Assembly (NCBI RefSeq): GCF_006345805.1
Contig: NC_043003.1
Location: forward strand, 24,490,001 to 24,554,000
DNA: 64,000 nucleotides
Direction of reading: 5' to 3'
From: Octopus sinensis
Taxonomy: Eukaryota
Positions 40,301 through 55,800 of the stretch are shown one piece after another. Under the pieces are notes generated by a model. That model was given only the letters and a program-made list of their open reading frames with translations. It ran no database searches and was not told the origin of the DNA. Positions within the stretch are counted from its first letter, which is position 1. Every line of letters starts with the position of its first letter. A program made the position numbers and the translations under genes.

Positions 40301-43300
40301 CAGGCATGGCTGTGTGGTTCCAGGTTCAATCCCACTGCGTGGGACCTTAGACAAGTGTCTTCTACTATAGCCTTGGGCCGACCAAAGCCTTTTGAGTGGA
40401 TTTGGTTAGCAGAAATTGAAAGAAGCCCATCACATGTGTATACATATATGTGTGTGTATGTCTGTGTTTGTCCGCCCACCCACTGCTTGACAACATGTGT
40501 TGGTGCGTTTACCTCCATGTATGTTAGTAGCTCAGCAAAAAAACCGATAGAATAAGTACCAGTACTTTTAAAAAATAAGTACTGTAGTCGATTCATTTGA
40601 CAAAAATTCTTCAAGGCAGTGTCCCAGCATGGCCACAGTCTAATGACTGAAACAAGTAAAAGACAAGAGATAAAAATTACTGACACCTGCTGGTCAATGG
40701 GTTAAACCAAAGCACAGGGAGGGGATATGAAAACTCATAAACAAAAATAACAAGAAGTGCTTGCATCAGGAAGAACATCAAGCCATAGAAACCATGCCAA
40801 ACAAGGCAGTGGAGCACAAAGTAGCCTTTGGTCCCACTAGATCCTGTTGCCCCAGCATGGAATATGGACATTAAATATTAAAAAAAAGGGTAAAGTTACC
40901 TTCTTCAGTCATGCTGACTTATAAGGGCTGGTTTCCCCAGTTTCATGGTGTATATATTGCCCACCTAGTCGTGATGCCAGACCATCGTAAGATTACTCAT
41001 TTTTGCCAGCTGGGTGCACTGGAACAATGTGAGATGAAGTGCCTTGCTCAAGAACACAATGTGTTGCCTGGTCCAGGAATCAAAACCACAATCTTATGAT
41101 CATGAATCCAACACCCTAACCACTAAGCCACAAACCTCCACCATTAAATAATGATGATGATGATGATTATATATATATATGTATGTATGTATATGTATAC
41201 ATACAAGCTTCTTTTCAGGTTCCGTCCACAAAATGCATACACAGAGCTTTGGTCAGACCTGAGATATAGTAGAAGACACTTGGCCAAGGTGCCATGCAGT
41301 GGGATTGAACCTGAAACCATACAACTAGATGGCAAACTTCCAAACCATGCAACCATACCAGCACCTTTTAGTGGTGTGTGTGTGTGTGTGTGCATGCATG
41401 CGTGCACATGCGCACATGTGTATGAGTGTACAGCAGTTAGCTAATGATGATGATGGTTATGTTTGGAACACCTTTGATTCAATCAAGTCTGACATGGTGC
41501 TAAATAATAGCAGCTGCAACAACAACAACAACAACTTACCTAAATATTGTCATGGTGGCATAAGGGCAGCATTCCATAAAAGATTCATCCACAAAGACTT
41601 GTTTGTAGCATGAATATGGAAATCTACTAGACATCAATTCTTCAAAAAATTCAAAAGCCTGTGAAGAAAATAAATGGTTTACAATCAGATTTGTAATTAT
41701 GACCCACCTTAAATTACCCACCTGCCTATTCTCTCTTCTATTTATCTTATAAATCATCGCTACCTTTTTTTCTCTCTACATCTATGCAGTTACTCCCACT
41801 CTTAAATAAAGCAGTATGGCCATGTATCTCCTCTACAGCAAGATACCTATTTCTGTTGTCTTATTATATTTTAGCCTCTCAACACTTAGCTTAAAGCTGC
41901 CCCACTGTCTACTATGCTCCCACTCAATTGAGGGGGTATCTTTTAGTCCTGTAAGGAAGGGCATCCAGCTGTAGAAACTGTGCCAGACCAGATTGAGCCT
42001 GGTGCAGCCTCTGGCTCACTAGTCCTCAGTCAAACCGTCCAACCCATGCCAGCATGGAAAACGGACATTAAACGATGATGATGATGATGAGTTCCCTTGC
42101 AATTCACTAGTGCCAGTGTCATGAAAATAAGTACCCCCACCTCTCTGTGAAGTGGTTGGTGCTAGGAAGGGTACCCAACTACAGAAGCCATGTCCAAGCA
42201 GAGAGTGAAGCATGATGCAATCCCTTGGTTCATTAGGTACAATCAAATCCTCCAGCCAATGCCAGTATAAAAGATGGATGTTTGATGAAGATGAATGCAC
42301 TGGAAATTGCCAAGACTGTACAGCAAACAACCTTACACTACTCAGTTACATCGCCTTATGTTCTGAGTTCAAACCCTGTCGAGGTCGACTTTGCTATTTA
42401 TGGGCAGTCTTAACCCTTTAGCATTCAGATTATTCTGTCAAATGTAATGCTTAGTTATTCAATTGTTTTGTATTAATTACACATCATCCAATAGCTGTGA
42501 GATTTTGATGATGTGATTGTTTATTTTTAGACTGACATTGGATGCCCTTCGTAATGCCAACCACTCCGAGAGTGTAGTGGGTGCTTTAAAGTGCCACCGG
42601 CATGAGGGCCAATCTACTAGTATCACCAGACTGGCCTTCATGCCAGTAGCACGTAAAAGCACCCACTACACACTTGGCGTGGTTGGCGTTAGGAAGGGCA
42701 TCTAGCTGTAGAAACTCTGCCAAATCAAATTGGAGCCTGGCGCTGCCATCTGGTTCACCAGTCCTCAGTCAAATCGTCCAACCCATGCCAGCATGGAAAG
42801 CAGATGTTAAACGATGATGATGATGATAATGATGATTGTAGGGTAGGTGTGAGAAACCAAATCTGGCTGGCTTGAAGAGGAAAAAGATAGAATATTTTGG
42901 CAGGATATGGCTACTTTAAATGCTAAAGGGTTAAAATACATAACACAGGTATGGGAGTACATTTAATTCCACTTCATAACCATGCAGTTCCTATTAGGTT
43001 TGACCTGACCACACAACATCTTGGGTAAGTGTAATGCTCACTGGCTCTCCATTAGTTAAGATGACAAATGTTCCAGTTGATTTGATCAACAGAACAGCCA
43101 GGTCATGAAATTAGCATGCAAGTGGCTGAGCACTCCACAGACACATGTACCTATTTCTTTACAACCCACAAGGGGTTAAACACAGAAGAGACAAACAAGG
43201 ACAGGCAAACGGATTAAGTTGATTATATCGAGTCCAGTGCATAACTGGTACTTAATTTATCGACCCCGAAAGGATGAAAGGCAAAGTCGACCTCGGCGGA

Positions 43301-46300
43301 ATTTGAACTCAGGATGTAATGGCAGACGAAATACCTCTAAGCATTTTGCCCTGCATGTGAACGTTTCTGCCAGCTCGCCGACACATGTACCCTTAACATA
43401 GTTCTCAAGGAGATTCATCATGACACATTGAATGTAACAAAGCTGGCCCATTGAATTACAGGTACAGCACACTTTTGCCAGCTGAGTGGACTGGAGCAAA
43501 GCAAAATAAAATGTTTTGTTCATGGACAACACACCACTGGGAATCGAACTCATAACCTTGCAATCGCAAACTGAATGCCCTAGTACCTAAGCCATACATC
43601 TACCACAGCAATGTCATGTGAGTGAAATTTGGTTAACAGAAATTGTGCATGTGTGTATGTGTGTGTGTGTGTGTTGATGCTGTTGCTATTTTGATATTAT
43701 TATTATTATTATTATAATACTGTGCCGGTGGCATGTACAAAGCACCAACCAATCATGGTCGCTGCCAGCCTCTCCTGGAACCTATGCCGGTGGCACGTAA
43801 AAAGCACCCACTACACTCATGGAGTGGTTGGCATTAGGAAGGGCATTCAGCTATAGAAACACTGCCAGATCAGACTGGAGCCTGGTGCAGTCTCCTGGCT
43901 TCCCAGACCCCAGTCGAACCATCCAACCCGTGCTAGCATGGAAAACGGACGTTAAACGATGATGATGATGATTATTATTAATATTATTATCATTATTATA
44001 ATGACTGGGTTCCAACCCAGGCAGCAATAACAAAGTCTACCCAGCACACTTCTCAGTCCATCATCACTGCCTTGATGTCCTTTACTTACATTGACAACTT
44101 GATTGCAGACACTGGCCTGGAATGTATCCAGGACATTATTTTGAAAATGACAAATTTAGTATAATAACCTTGTCATTATTACGTCGATGTTTATAAATTA
44201 ACATAAATTAATCCTTTTGCATTCAGATTTCTCAATATAAGATATATATAATACTTATCGATTCACATTGTTTTGAATTAATCGAACATTATCTCATAAC
44301 TGTGATTTCTTATATTTAGAATGACGTTGTAGGGTATGTGAAAGAGGCTGGATCTGGTTGCATGAAACATAAACCAGGAAGAGTATTTGGGCCTGATATA
44401 GCCAGTTTAAATGCTAAAGAGTTAACATGTAACTTGATGGAAAATTTTAATTTAGATCACCTTAGAATAGGAAGTTTGCATCATAAACCCAAAGGCAGTC
44501 CCAGACAAGTTGATGCCAAAAGAGTAAAAAGATAATAAAAAGAGGATTTTAAAAAAATTAAGAATTATTTAATCAACTTACTTCGTGAATAAAGGCTGTT
44601 GTGTTCTTCATAATGGTACGTAAATGTGGAAGACAGAAGTGGGTAACTTCATGCATATTGGGATCAACTAGAATTTCAAAAGGTCTGAAATAAGAGAAAT
44701 TATTTGAGGTTCTTTAAAAAATTGTCAACAACATTAAAATGAAAGAAATTATGAAAAGGACAAACGAGAAAATTTTTTTTCACAGTAAAGTTTCCATCTT
44801 GAAATAATTGATCATTGATTATTATTTTGTTTCATCTTAACACTTTTGATACCAACCCCAAGTTTGAGACTGCTTTTGGCTCGTTGATACAAAATTATGA
44901 TCCAAACACCAACTTAATAATGACAAAATTATTTCACTAAATTCATTATTTTCTAGATCAGTTGAAACAAAAGATGTGTATTTCAACAGAAATATGGTAA
45001 CAAAGGGGGCCGACCACGAAGTTTATATCAAACAACTCCTATTTCAAATTGAGGTTAAATCTGTACAACTTTGTACCATGCACAAGTCTGCCTTGTTTAA
45101 GTAGATCTCAAGTAGGTAGGAAACCAATCAATCAAAAAAATCCTTGAATCAGCCATAGTCATTTTGTCTTTATTGTGCACATGCATTGTGCACATTCAGG
45201 ATTTCAAACATAAAAGAGTAAATATTTTATTCTTTATTGCCCATAAGGGGCTAAACATAGAGGGGACAAACAAGGACAGAGAAAGGAATTGAGTCAATTA
45301 CATCGATCCCAGTGCACAACTGGTACTTAATTTATCGACCCCGAAAGGATGAAAGGTAAAGTCGACCTCGGCGGAATTAGAACTCAGAACGTAACGGCAG
45401 AGGAAATACCTATTTCTTTATTGCCCATAAGGGGCTAAACACAGAGGGGACAAACAAGGACAGACAAACGGACTAAGTCGATTACACCGACCCCAGTGCG
45501 TAACTGGTACTTTATTTAATCGACCCCGAAAGGATGAAAGGTAAAGTCGACCTCGGCGGAATTAGAACTCAGAACGTAACGGCAGAGGAAATACCGCTAA
45601 GCATCTCGCCCGGCGTACTAACGTTTCTGCCAGCTCGCTGCCGTAAGTAAATAAGAGAGTAAATATTAATTTCAAATTCCCACACAAAGCCAGCAATTTT
45701 GAAGGAAGTGGCAAGTCAATTACATCGACTCCAGTGCTCAACTGGCACTTAAAATGAAGGGCAAGGTTGACCACAGCAGAACTTGAACTTAGAATCACGA
45801 TGACAGACAGAATGCTGCCAAGCATTTTCCTCAGTGTACTAATGATTCTGCCAGCTCACTGCCTTAAACAGAGCAAATATTAGGAGTTTGTAGGCATAAC
45901 TTTAACTGGTATATATTGGGCAAGTCATCATGTGAAAATGATGAGAATTAACCCTTTCATTTCCATATTTGTATTGAAATACACGGCCCTTTGTTTTAAT
46001 TAATTTTGTAAAAATGATGAAGAATTTAGTAAAATAACTTTGTAATTATTAAGTTGGTGTTTGAAATAAATTAACATGAAATTTTACAGGAAGTTTTCTT
46101 TGATTTAGATCACTTTTAAACAAGAAGTTTGCACAGTTCTATATATAAGAGATGAGGAATTATGTACATTATTTACATTTGGTGGATATTTGTCCTCATC
46201 TTGTGTTAACAACAAACAAGATGAAGACAAATATCTGTCAATTGTAAATAATGTAAGAAGTTTGCATCACAGAATCAAGGGTGGTGTCAGCTGAGTAAGT

Positions 46301-48105
46301 ATCAAAAAGGTTAAAACAAGAAGTTTGTCTTGTCGGATGAAGGGCAGACATAGGTGGGTTTGTATCAAAAGGGTTAATTGTGATGATAATTATGCTGCTG
46401 CTGCTACTGAGAAACACAAGATCAGATATCAGTTTTCAGCTGCCCATCTTATTGTTTATACCATTCCGGAAGAGACTCTGGCACAACTGTATTACAGATA
46501 AGTTCATCCCATGATGACTAAACCAATGAAGGCCCCATTTCAACAAAGGGTTGTTCAAGAGAATCAACTAAATAATAATGATGAATTTCAGAATGATACA
46601 AAATCTAAAACATAAACACGGAGGATTCAGCAAAGGTATATAACTGGTCAAACACTTGCAGTTTGCCAAAGTCCATCATTCTTGTTAGCCATATTACACA
46701 GCCATAAAACAAAATAGTGTGGACAAGCATTCAGAAGACATGAATTTTTGTGGCTATGGCTGTGTTGATCTCCAGCTAAGATCAAAACCAGCTTTAAAAA
46801 TGACAGAATACAGCATGTACCCTGTTGATGCAGAGATCTATCTTATCTTTGCTTTGGCCTGTAATAATGAAGGTGGCACTAAGGTACTTGAATTGGTCAA
46901 CTTACAAAATCTCACCACTAACATGGTATTCTTTCAAAGAGTGAGACCCCAGCATGTAAACCTGTGATGTGTACACGCCATAACCTTCAACAGTTGCTTG
47001 GACATTAATGCCTTAGTGACAGTCTTACTTCTTTCCTTTTCCCATGGACCATCAAGCAATGAGAGATTTCCACCCATCATAGTTACAAGACCTATGATGA
47101 GTCTATTCCCAGGCCAGGCCCGTATCTACCAGGCTTTCCTCCATAGTACTCAACCAAATCTTGACCAGACATTGATGAAGTGGCCAGCATTTATTGCACA
47201 AGAAGTGTACCTCTTCCAGCTGAATATCATCATCATCGTTTAATGTCCACTTTTCATGCTAGCATGGGTTGGACAATTTGAATGAGGGCTGGCGAACCAT
47301 ATGGCTGCACCAGGCTCCAATCTTAATCTGGCAGATTTTCTGCAGTTGGATGCCCTTCCTAACGCCAACCACTCAGAGAGTGTAGTGGGTGCTTTTACGT
47401 GCCACCAGCACAGGGGCCAGTCAGGCGGTACTGGCAACGACTTTGCTCGAATCTTTTTACACATGCCACCAGCACAGGTGTCAGTAAAGCGATGCTGGTA
47501 ACGATTGAGTAAAAGACCTAAGAATAGGGTAGGAATGTTTAAAGGTTTACTAATGAAATAAACAAGATAGGGATGCCAAGAATCATGCAGTTAAATGTTG
47601 AAGTCTCACCAGTAGATAACACAGAAAATAAAAAAGAAAAGCATCCAATCACTTACCCAACGGCCAGGGCTATATTTGGGGCAGAGGTAGGGGTTGACAA
47701 GAAATAATGGAAAGTTTTGTTCTTGCGATCACTTGTAGCCACAATTTCTATTAAGTCTCCGCAAGACACGGCAGTTAGAAGGCGATCAACAGTGAATTCC
47801 AGTTTCCAAGTACATGGTTCGCTATAGCTATCAATGCAGGGGAACCACAATCTAAAAAAACAGAAAATGGCAGACAACATTAAAATATTAGCAGGTTGTC
47901 AAGGGGCACAAAACAATTTCTAAAATTGGAATTGAATTAAGAATATATATAATTATAGGTGTGGGAATGGTTGTGTGGTTAAAAAACTTGCTTCCCAAAC
48001 ACATGGTTTCGGGTTCAATTATGCTGTGTAGAACCTTGGGCAAAACACACTAATATCCTAGGTCATGCATGTAATAACACACTAACACAATCCAACCATT
48101 GACCC

Positions 48106-48136
<31 letters not shown>

Positions 48137-48383
48137 TCTTTACCTACTATAGTGACCACAACCCCTCAAAGGTGGTTAGTCTTGTGCTATCTCTACTCAA
48201 GTATTCCCAACTCACTCGCCTCTCTATTCACTACTATTTTTAACAAGTTAAAAGACCATATACAGACATTTCTCATTACTTTGTTAAGTGTAGACATAGA
48301 ATAAATGTAACCTATATCTCTGCTAGACATAGGTTACATCATCTTTTATCAATGAATGTTTTCCCCTTTACATTTTTAATTTT

Positions 48384-48430
<47 letters not shown>

Positions 48431-51400
48431 AATTCAAATCTGAAAAGTCTACTAGAGTAGATGCAAGCGCTAATATATATGATTTATAAAAACATGTGAC
48501 ATATTAATAAAAATCTGTAAATATAATACCTATCTATTTCTGAGTACCTTATTTCTTCTAATATATAATACCTGTACATCACCTCCAAACCTTCTAATAT
48601 ATATATGTGTGTATATATATATACACATATATGTCATCATCATCATCATCATTTAGCATCTGCTTTCCATGCTGGCATGGGTTGCCTGAAACTAGTGAGT
48701 TGGAGAGTTGCACCAGGTTCCAATCTGATTTGGCATGGTTTCTACAGCTGGATGCCCTTCCTAATACCAACCACCCCAAGAGGGTAATGGGTGCTTTTTA
48801 CGTGTCACTGGCATTGGTGTCAGTTACGTGACACTGGCATCTGCCACAACTACAACTTCGCTTGGCTTGACATGTCCTCTGAAGTACAGCATAACACCAA
48901 AGATATGTATATCAATAAAGGTCTCAGTCACTTGTAGGTCTTGAGAAGCATGATGCAAATGTGTTGTTTGGTTTAATGTTTTCATTTCAGTTTTCTACAT
49001 AATATATATATAATAGGAGTAGGAGTGGTTGTGTGGTAAGTAGCTTGCTTACGAACCACATCGTTCCGGGTTAAGTCCCACAGCGTGACACCTTGGGCAA
49101 GTGTCTTCCACTATAGCCTCGGACCGACCAAAGCCTTGTGAGTGGATTTGGTAGACGGAAACTGAAAGAAGCCCGTCGTATATATGTAAATATATAAGTA
49201 TGCGTGTGTATTTGTTTATGTGTCTGTGTTCCCCCACCCCCAACATCGCTTGACAACCGATGCTGGTGTGTTTACGTCCCCGTAAGTTAGCGGTTCGGCA
49301 AAAGAGACCGATAGAATAAGTACTAGGCTTCCAAAGAATAAGTCCTGGGGTAGATTTGTTCAACTAAAGGCAGTGCTCCAGCATGGCCAGTCACATCACT
49401 GAAACAAGTAAAAGTGTAAAAGAGAGTAAAGAGTAAATCAATTGGACTTTTTCCAAAACACACAAGAATACAACAAAATAGGTACTACCACCCATGATAC
49501 CAAATATAGACTTAAATTGGTACCATTATCAACAAGCACTAATGCTAACAAGATATTTACTATTGCATACACAGATACACAAAAAAGAAAGACAGAGAAA
49601 TTAAATTCACCTTGAAGAATTCTCAGTACCATATGTAAACATGTGAGCTGCTTTTTCACCCAAATTTCCTTCCATATCTGGAACCACAAAATGGATACCA
49701 GCATCTGGTTTTTCTATGGAAAATTCTACACAAATTCGAATAGGTTTTAGCTCTGAAAAAAAGAATAAAGCAAAACAATCACAAATATAGTTGAAAATAA
49801 TACAGGCATAGGAGTGGCTGTGTGGTAAGTAGCTTGCTTACGAACCACATAGTTCCGGGTTCAGTCCCACTATGTGGCACCTTGGGCAAGTGTCTTCTAC
49901 TACAGCCTCAGGCCAACCAAAGCCTTGTGAATGGATTTGGTAGACGGAAACTGAAAGAAGCCCATCGTATATATGTATATGTATATATATGTGTGTGTGT
50001 GTGTTTTTGTGTGTCTGTGCTTGTTCCCGCCAACAATGCTTAACAACTGATGCTGATGTGTTTACGTTCCCGTAACTTAGCAGTTCGGCAAAAGAGACCG
50101 ATAGAATAAGTACTAGGCTTACGAAGAATAAGTCCAGGGGTCGATTTGCTCGACTAAAGGCGGTGCTCCAGCATGGCCGCAGTCAAATGACTGAAACAAG
50201 TAAAAGAGTAAAGAGTTAAGAACATAATCACCATCTACTCTATCAAGAACCTGTTTCTGAAAAATTTGATCTCCCCACAGTAACTGCTCTGCCATTTATT
50301 CCTTCTCCTCTGTGTCTATGACTTTTTTCTCTCACTGTGTGAGTGTGCATGCATGCACACAGTATTCCTTTACTCATTGCCTGCCTAGTGTATGCACTCA
50401 TTCTGCACCTTTTACGTTAATTCTCTCTGTATCTCTCTTTTACTCTCTTTCCTTCTCCCAACTTCATCTATATGATGTAAAGTATGACTGAAGAAATCAC
50501 CCAACCTTTACATCAGCTATATAGAGAGACACAGTTTGAGAAAAATATAAATGTAAATGTTATTCTTGATAAATAAACATGACACATAAAAGCGACCCAG
50601 GCCGGTGATACATAAAAGGGAGCTATACTGGTGACAAATAAAGGCACTCATGATAGTGACATGTAAAAGGTACCCACTACACTCTTGGAGTGGTTGGCAT
50701 TAGGAAGGGCATTCAGCTGTAAAAACTAATCTAAAATCAGACGAGCCTGGTACAGCTTTCCGGCTTGCCAGTTCCAGTCGAACTGTCTAACCCATGGCAG
50801 CATGGAAAATGGACACTAAATGAAATAATGATGAAAGTGAGAGATAAATAAATGAAAGGGGTTTTGCCTACAAAATCTTTCTCACAGTCCAAAGCTATGG
50901 TCATCATTATCATCATCGTTTAACATCCGTTTTCCGTGCTAGCACAGGTTGGACGGTTCAACGGGAGTCTGGGAAGCCAGAAGGCTGCACCAGGCTCCAG
51001 TCTGATCTGACAGTGTTTCTACAGCTGGATGCCCATACTATCGCCAACCACTCCATGAGTGTAGTGGGTGCTTTTTATGTACCACTGGCACAGGTGCCAG
51101 CGGCCACGATCAGTTGGTGCTTTTTACATGCTACCGGCACAGAAGCCAGTCAAGGCGGTACTGGCATCGGCCACGTTTGGATGGTGCTTTTTACATGTCA
51201 CCAGCACTGCTCAAGGGGTCACAGTGGGATTGAACCTGAACCCATGTAGTCATGAAGCCATGAAACAAACTTCCTAATCCCACAACCATTCCTGTTACCA
51301 TGTCTGTTGTCTTAAGATTTAAGTCGATGATGATGATGTGATATGGTGAAAGTGTAGTAGGAGTGTAAACAGCAATAAAGTGACTGAAACTTTGTTACAC

Positions 51401-52826
51401 TCTCATTACTAACCTTGGACTAAATTCAGAGCTTCTGGTGGCAACTTGATAAGTATTTCACCATTTCCTGCGTCTGGGTCAATGGAATTCATCACAGACA
51501 AATGGCTTCGTTGGAAAAATTCCAAGTTTCTTCTGAAACAGAGCAGATATTTTTTTACAATATTCAAAATTTACAATAATATCATAAAACATTTAATTCA
51601 TAATTAATTCAAATTTAATTCATTGTCCATTCTGCTGGGTGGTTGGTGTTAGGAGGGACACCCAGCCATGAAAATCATGCCAAAACAGACACAGAAGCCT
51701 GGTGCATTTTTCAACTGGTCAGCTGCTGTCAAACTATCTAACCCATGTCAGCATGGAAGGCAGATCTCAGAGGTATGAAATGCAGAGCTAACCTAAGCAG
51801 GATTTGAACTCAGAATGTAAAGATGTAGAACAAATACTGATTTCAAAATTTGGCACAAGGCCAGCAATTTCAGGGGAAAGGTTTAGTTGATTACATCGTG
51901 CCCAGTGCTCAACTGGTACTTACTTTATTGACCCCGCCAAAAGAATGAAAGGCAAAGTCAATCTCAGCAGAATTTGAACTCAGAATGTAAAGATGGACAA
52001 AATGTCACTAAGCATTTTGTCTGGTGTGCTAACAGTTCTGCCAGCTCGCCATCCACATAGAATCAATACTGCGAGACATTTTTCCCAATATTCTAACAAG
52101 TTCTGCCAAGTTGCTGCTTTTGAAGAGAATAAAACAATGAAACAACAAATCAATTTTAACCAAAATAAAAATTTGTCTGACTCAAGCAAGCATGGAAAAG
52201 TGAGTATTAAAACAATGATGATGATAACAACTTACTGTTTGGCGTCACCTTGACATATCTCCAATGTTGGGTCATTATAAAAGAATGTAGCATCCCACTG
52301 CTCATCAATGCAGACACGATAGATTTCTGTGTAATGTTAAAGAAGATAAACAGTTTTTTTCTTAAATTTCAGACTTTGTGTTTTAAAGAATGTGCTAAGA
52401 AGAATGTATGATTCATTGGAGGAAAGACAAGTAGTCTGCCAATTGATAACAAGCATGGTTGTGTGCAAAGCAAACTTCTTAAGCACAAAGTTTTGGGTTC
52501 AATTCCATTACACAGCATGTTGGATAATCATTTTTCTTACCATAGCTTCCAGTTGACCAAAGCCTTGTGAATAGAATTCAGTAAATGGGAAGTTGTGTAG
52601 AAGCCAGCTTGTCAAATATTTATTTGTTTAACAATCTATTTTCCCATGCTAGTAAGGGTTGGATCGTATGTTGGTTCAGGTTCAGTCCCACTGCATGGTA
52701 CCTTGGGCAAGTACCTTCTACTATGGCCAAGGTTGTCTAAAACCTTGTGAGTGGATCTGATAAGCAGAAACTGAAAGAAACCTGCTGTATATGAGCATGT
52801 GTGTGTGTGTGTTGTGTGTGTGTGTG

Positions 52827-52859
<33 letters not shown>

Positions 52860-55800
52860 TGTGCCTTTGTCTTGACATCACAGGATAGCTGTGAATGAGA
52901 CTCACAATCACAGAAACAGATAACATAGCATAGAAGTGATGTTTTCTGTTTCAAACCTTCAGTAGAAAACATGTCTGGCCTCGGGGAAATATTACCTTGC
53001 TTGGAAACAAATGAAGGTTGGTGAAAGGAACAGCATCTAGCCACAGGGACCATGAAACCTCATGGTTGGGAAGCAAACTTTTAAACCACACAGTCACACC
53101 TGTATCAATGCATGTATATATTTATATAAATTCATGGGACTGCAAGTCATCACAAGCACATTTGTTCTGGGGTAGAATCAAATTCTGCCCAAGCAGTCAT
53201 GTTTGTTTCCACACGTGATGTCATCAATGTATATTCGTTTACAATACTGATATTCATATTGAATATATAGTGATATGACTGAAATATTCAATTGCTACCA
53301 GTGGGGTGTATATATCTATGTAAATTTACAAATTTTAAACCCAGACTAAGGTTTAGTAACTAAGAAGCATGCTGTTATTTGGACCTGTTGTTTTGGAGCG
53401 AAAGAAAAATGTAACTTATCTGTGAATGTGGATCTTTTCAGTTTGAACGGCAGTTTTTTCTAGCGGTGTCATATGAAATTGTCACCCATAATTATGACCC
53501 TTGTATCAATCTATTGCATTTCAATCTGTTTTAGGGTTAGGGTATCTTTTTTCTTCACAAATGTAAATAAACCCAATTTGTTTCTTGAACAAGGGACATA
53601 TTCACACAGCACAGAATGTTTTTTACCTCAATACACATCATTGATTGGTTGAAATTTCAGAAATTGAACAAAAAAAACAACAAATATCTTACAAACTATA
53701 GAATTTTCTCAATAAAGCCAAGAGAAAAAGATGTTTTATAAACATATTCTACCAGTATACGAAGTTTAAAATTTTTTAGTTACCTAGAAATTATGTTAAA
53801 AACTGCCGTTCAAACCGAAAAGATCCGTGAAGGCTCAGGAACTGGAGGTGCAAGTGCACTCCCTAAAATTTTGTTGGTGTAATGAAAATGCTTTGAACCT
53901 CCTCCTGAAAAACTGAGTATGTACCCACTAAGCAAATTTTGTTCCTGCAACACAGTATAGGGGACAAAATTAGTAAGAAAAGATAAGTGTCACAAATGTT
54001 GTCATGGCTGTTTGAGCTTATTGTTTAAAGGATACTACTCTGTGAACTGTTAAGTTTAACACAATAGACATCAGGCTTCAGGGGATGGAGGGTCAGTTCG
54101 ACATAACCCTGAAAAGAAAAGGAAACAAAGATGTTTTAAAAGGTTGTATTGTAAGTTTATAACAGAATGAAAGGATATGAAAATAACATGACATGATGTA
54201 ACTTAACTACAGAGGTAAGATAGGGTTCAATAGATAAGATAATGAGCTAGTGGTTAAATGAGATGTGAGATCATATACCCTGAAGGTTCTGGTAACAGGG
54301 TTTTTTTTACCTTATTCCCCAGATTAGAATCTGTATAAAAATGCTTTGATTTATGTAAGATATGGGTAATGAATGTGAAGAAGCAGAGAAGGCAGGAGAG
54401 CAAGATGCCAGCAGATAAAAGCTTTCTCTGGGCTGGATTAGTTTTTAGGAATTCACCAGCTCTACATGGTCATACTACTTGCTAACAATAGCAGTCAAGA
54501 ATCCTTTGAATCACAATTTATTGTCTAGGAAAAGGACATATTGAATAACATGGTCCCGGGTGTCTAGCATATAGGGAAAAGATGGGAAATTCAAAGCTAG
54601 AAGGCTTTAGGTCATAGGACTGCTCATTCAGATCTGACCTGAGATTTAACAACCGTAACAACAAAACCATGATTGCTCATTCAAGAAGCTGACATGTCAC
54701 TCTTTGGGACTGCAATACTTCAATAGAAATGTAAAAACAATATTTAACTCTTTTGATGCTAACTTGTCTGAGACGGCCTTGATTCTAGGATATAAACTTT
54801 CTGTTTAAAAGTTATCTAAATTAAAACCTTCCCTCAAAACTTCATGTTAACCCTTTATTTATTGTATTTATTTTGAGATGCTCTGTGTTTCAGTTACTTT
54901 AAATATAACAAAGAATTTAGTAAAATAACTTGGTTATCATTCAGCTAGTGTTAGAAGCATAAATTGTGACTAAGGTTTGGTGAAAGATGATTTTAATTCA
55001 AATCTTATGAAAACAAGACATTTGTACTCAGAGCCAGAGCTGATTTCAGCCGGGTTGGTAACAAAAGGGTTAATATATTGTACCGAACACCAGTTTAATA
55101 TTCAACAATTTTGATACCAATCTGCCTGAGAACACCATTGGTTTCTATAATACAAACTTTCTCTGTTTTAAACTAATGTAAATCAAAACCTTCCATCAAA
55201 TTTTCATGTTAACCAGTTTAATAATAACAAGATTATTTTACTAAATTCTTCGTTATTTTCAAAATTAATTAAAACAAAGCAATGTATTTTAATGGTAATA
55301 TGGTAACATCGTTTAGCGTCTGCTTTCCATGCTAGCATGGGTTGGACGGTTCAACTGGGGTCTGGGAAGCCAGAAGGCTGCACCAGGCTCAGTCTGATCT
55401 GGCAATGTTTCTACGGCTGGATGCCCTTCCTAACGCCAACCACTCCGTGTGTGTAGTGGGTGCTTTTTACATGCCACCGGCACAGGGGCCAGGCGAAGCT
55501 GGCAATGGCCACGAACGGATGGTGCTTTTTACGTGCCACTGGCACGAGGCCAGTCAGGGCAGCGCTGGTAATGGCCACGTTCGAAAGGTTCTCTTACATG
55601 CCACCGGCATGGTAACAAAAAGATTAAATAAAATTAAGCATTTCTAACATAAGGCTGGAAATGTTTTTGGCCAATGAAAATAACTCCAGTACTTGACTGT
55701 TACTTTATTTTCACTGATACCAAAAGACTGAAAAGCAAGTTGACTTTGGCAGGATATGAACTCAAAATGTAAAGAGCAGGAACAAATAAAGCAAATCATT

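Noticed and set aside
32652-47851. M1 aminopeptidase-like exons (WFPCID, AQQFFG)
   Set aside because: The HEXXH motif is replaced by FAVAQ; this is the known catalytically dead aminopeptidase fold of TAF2, not a separate peptidase
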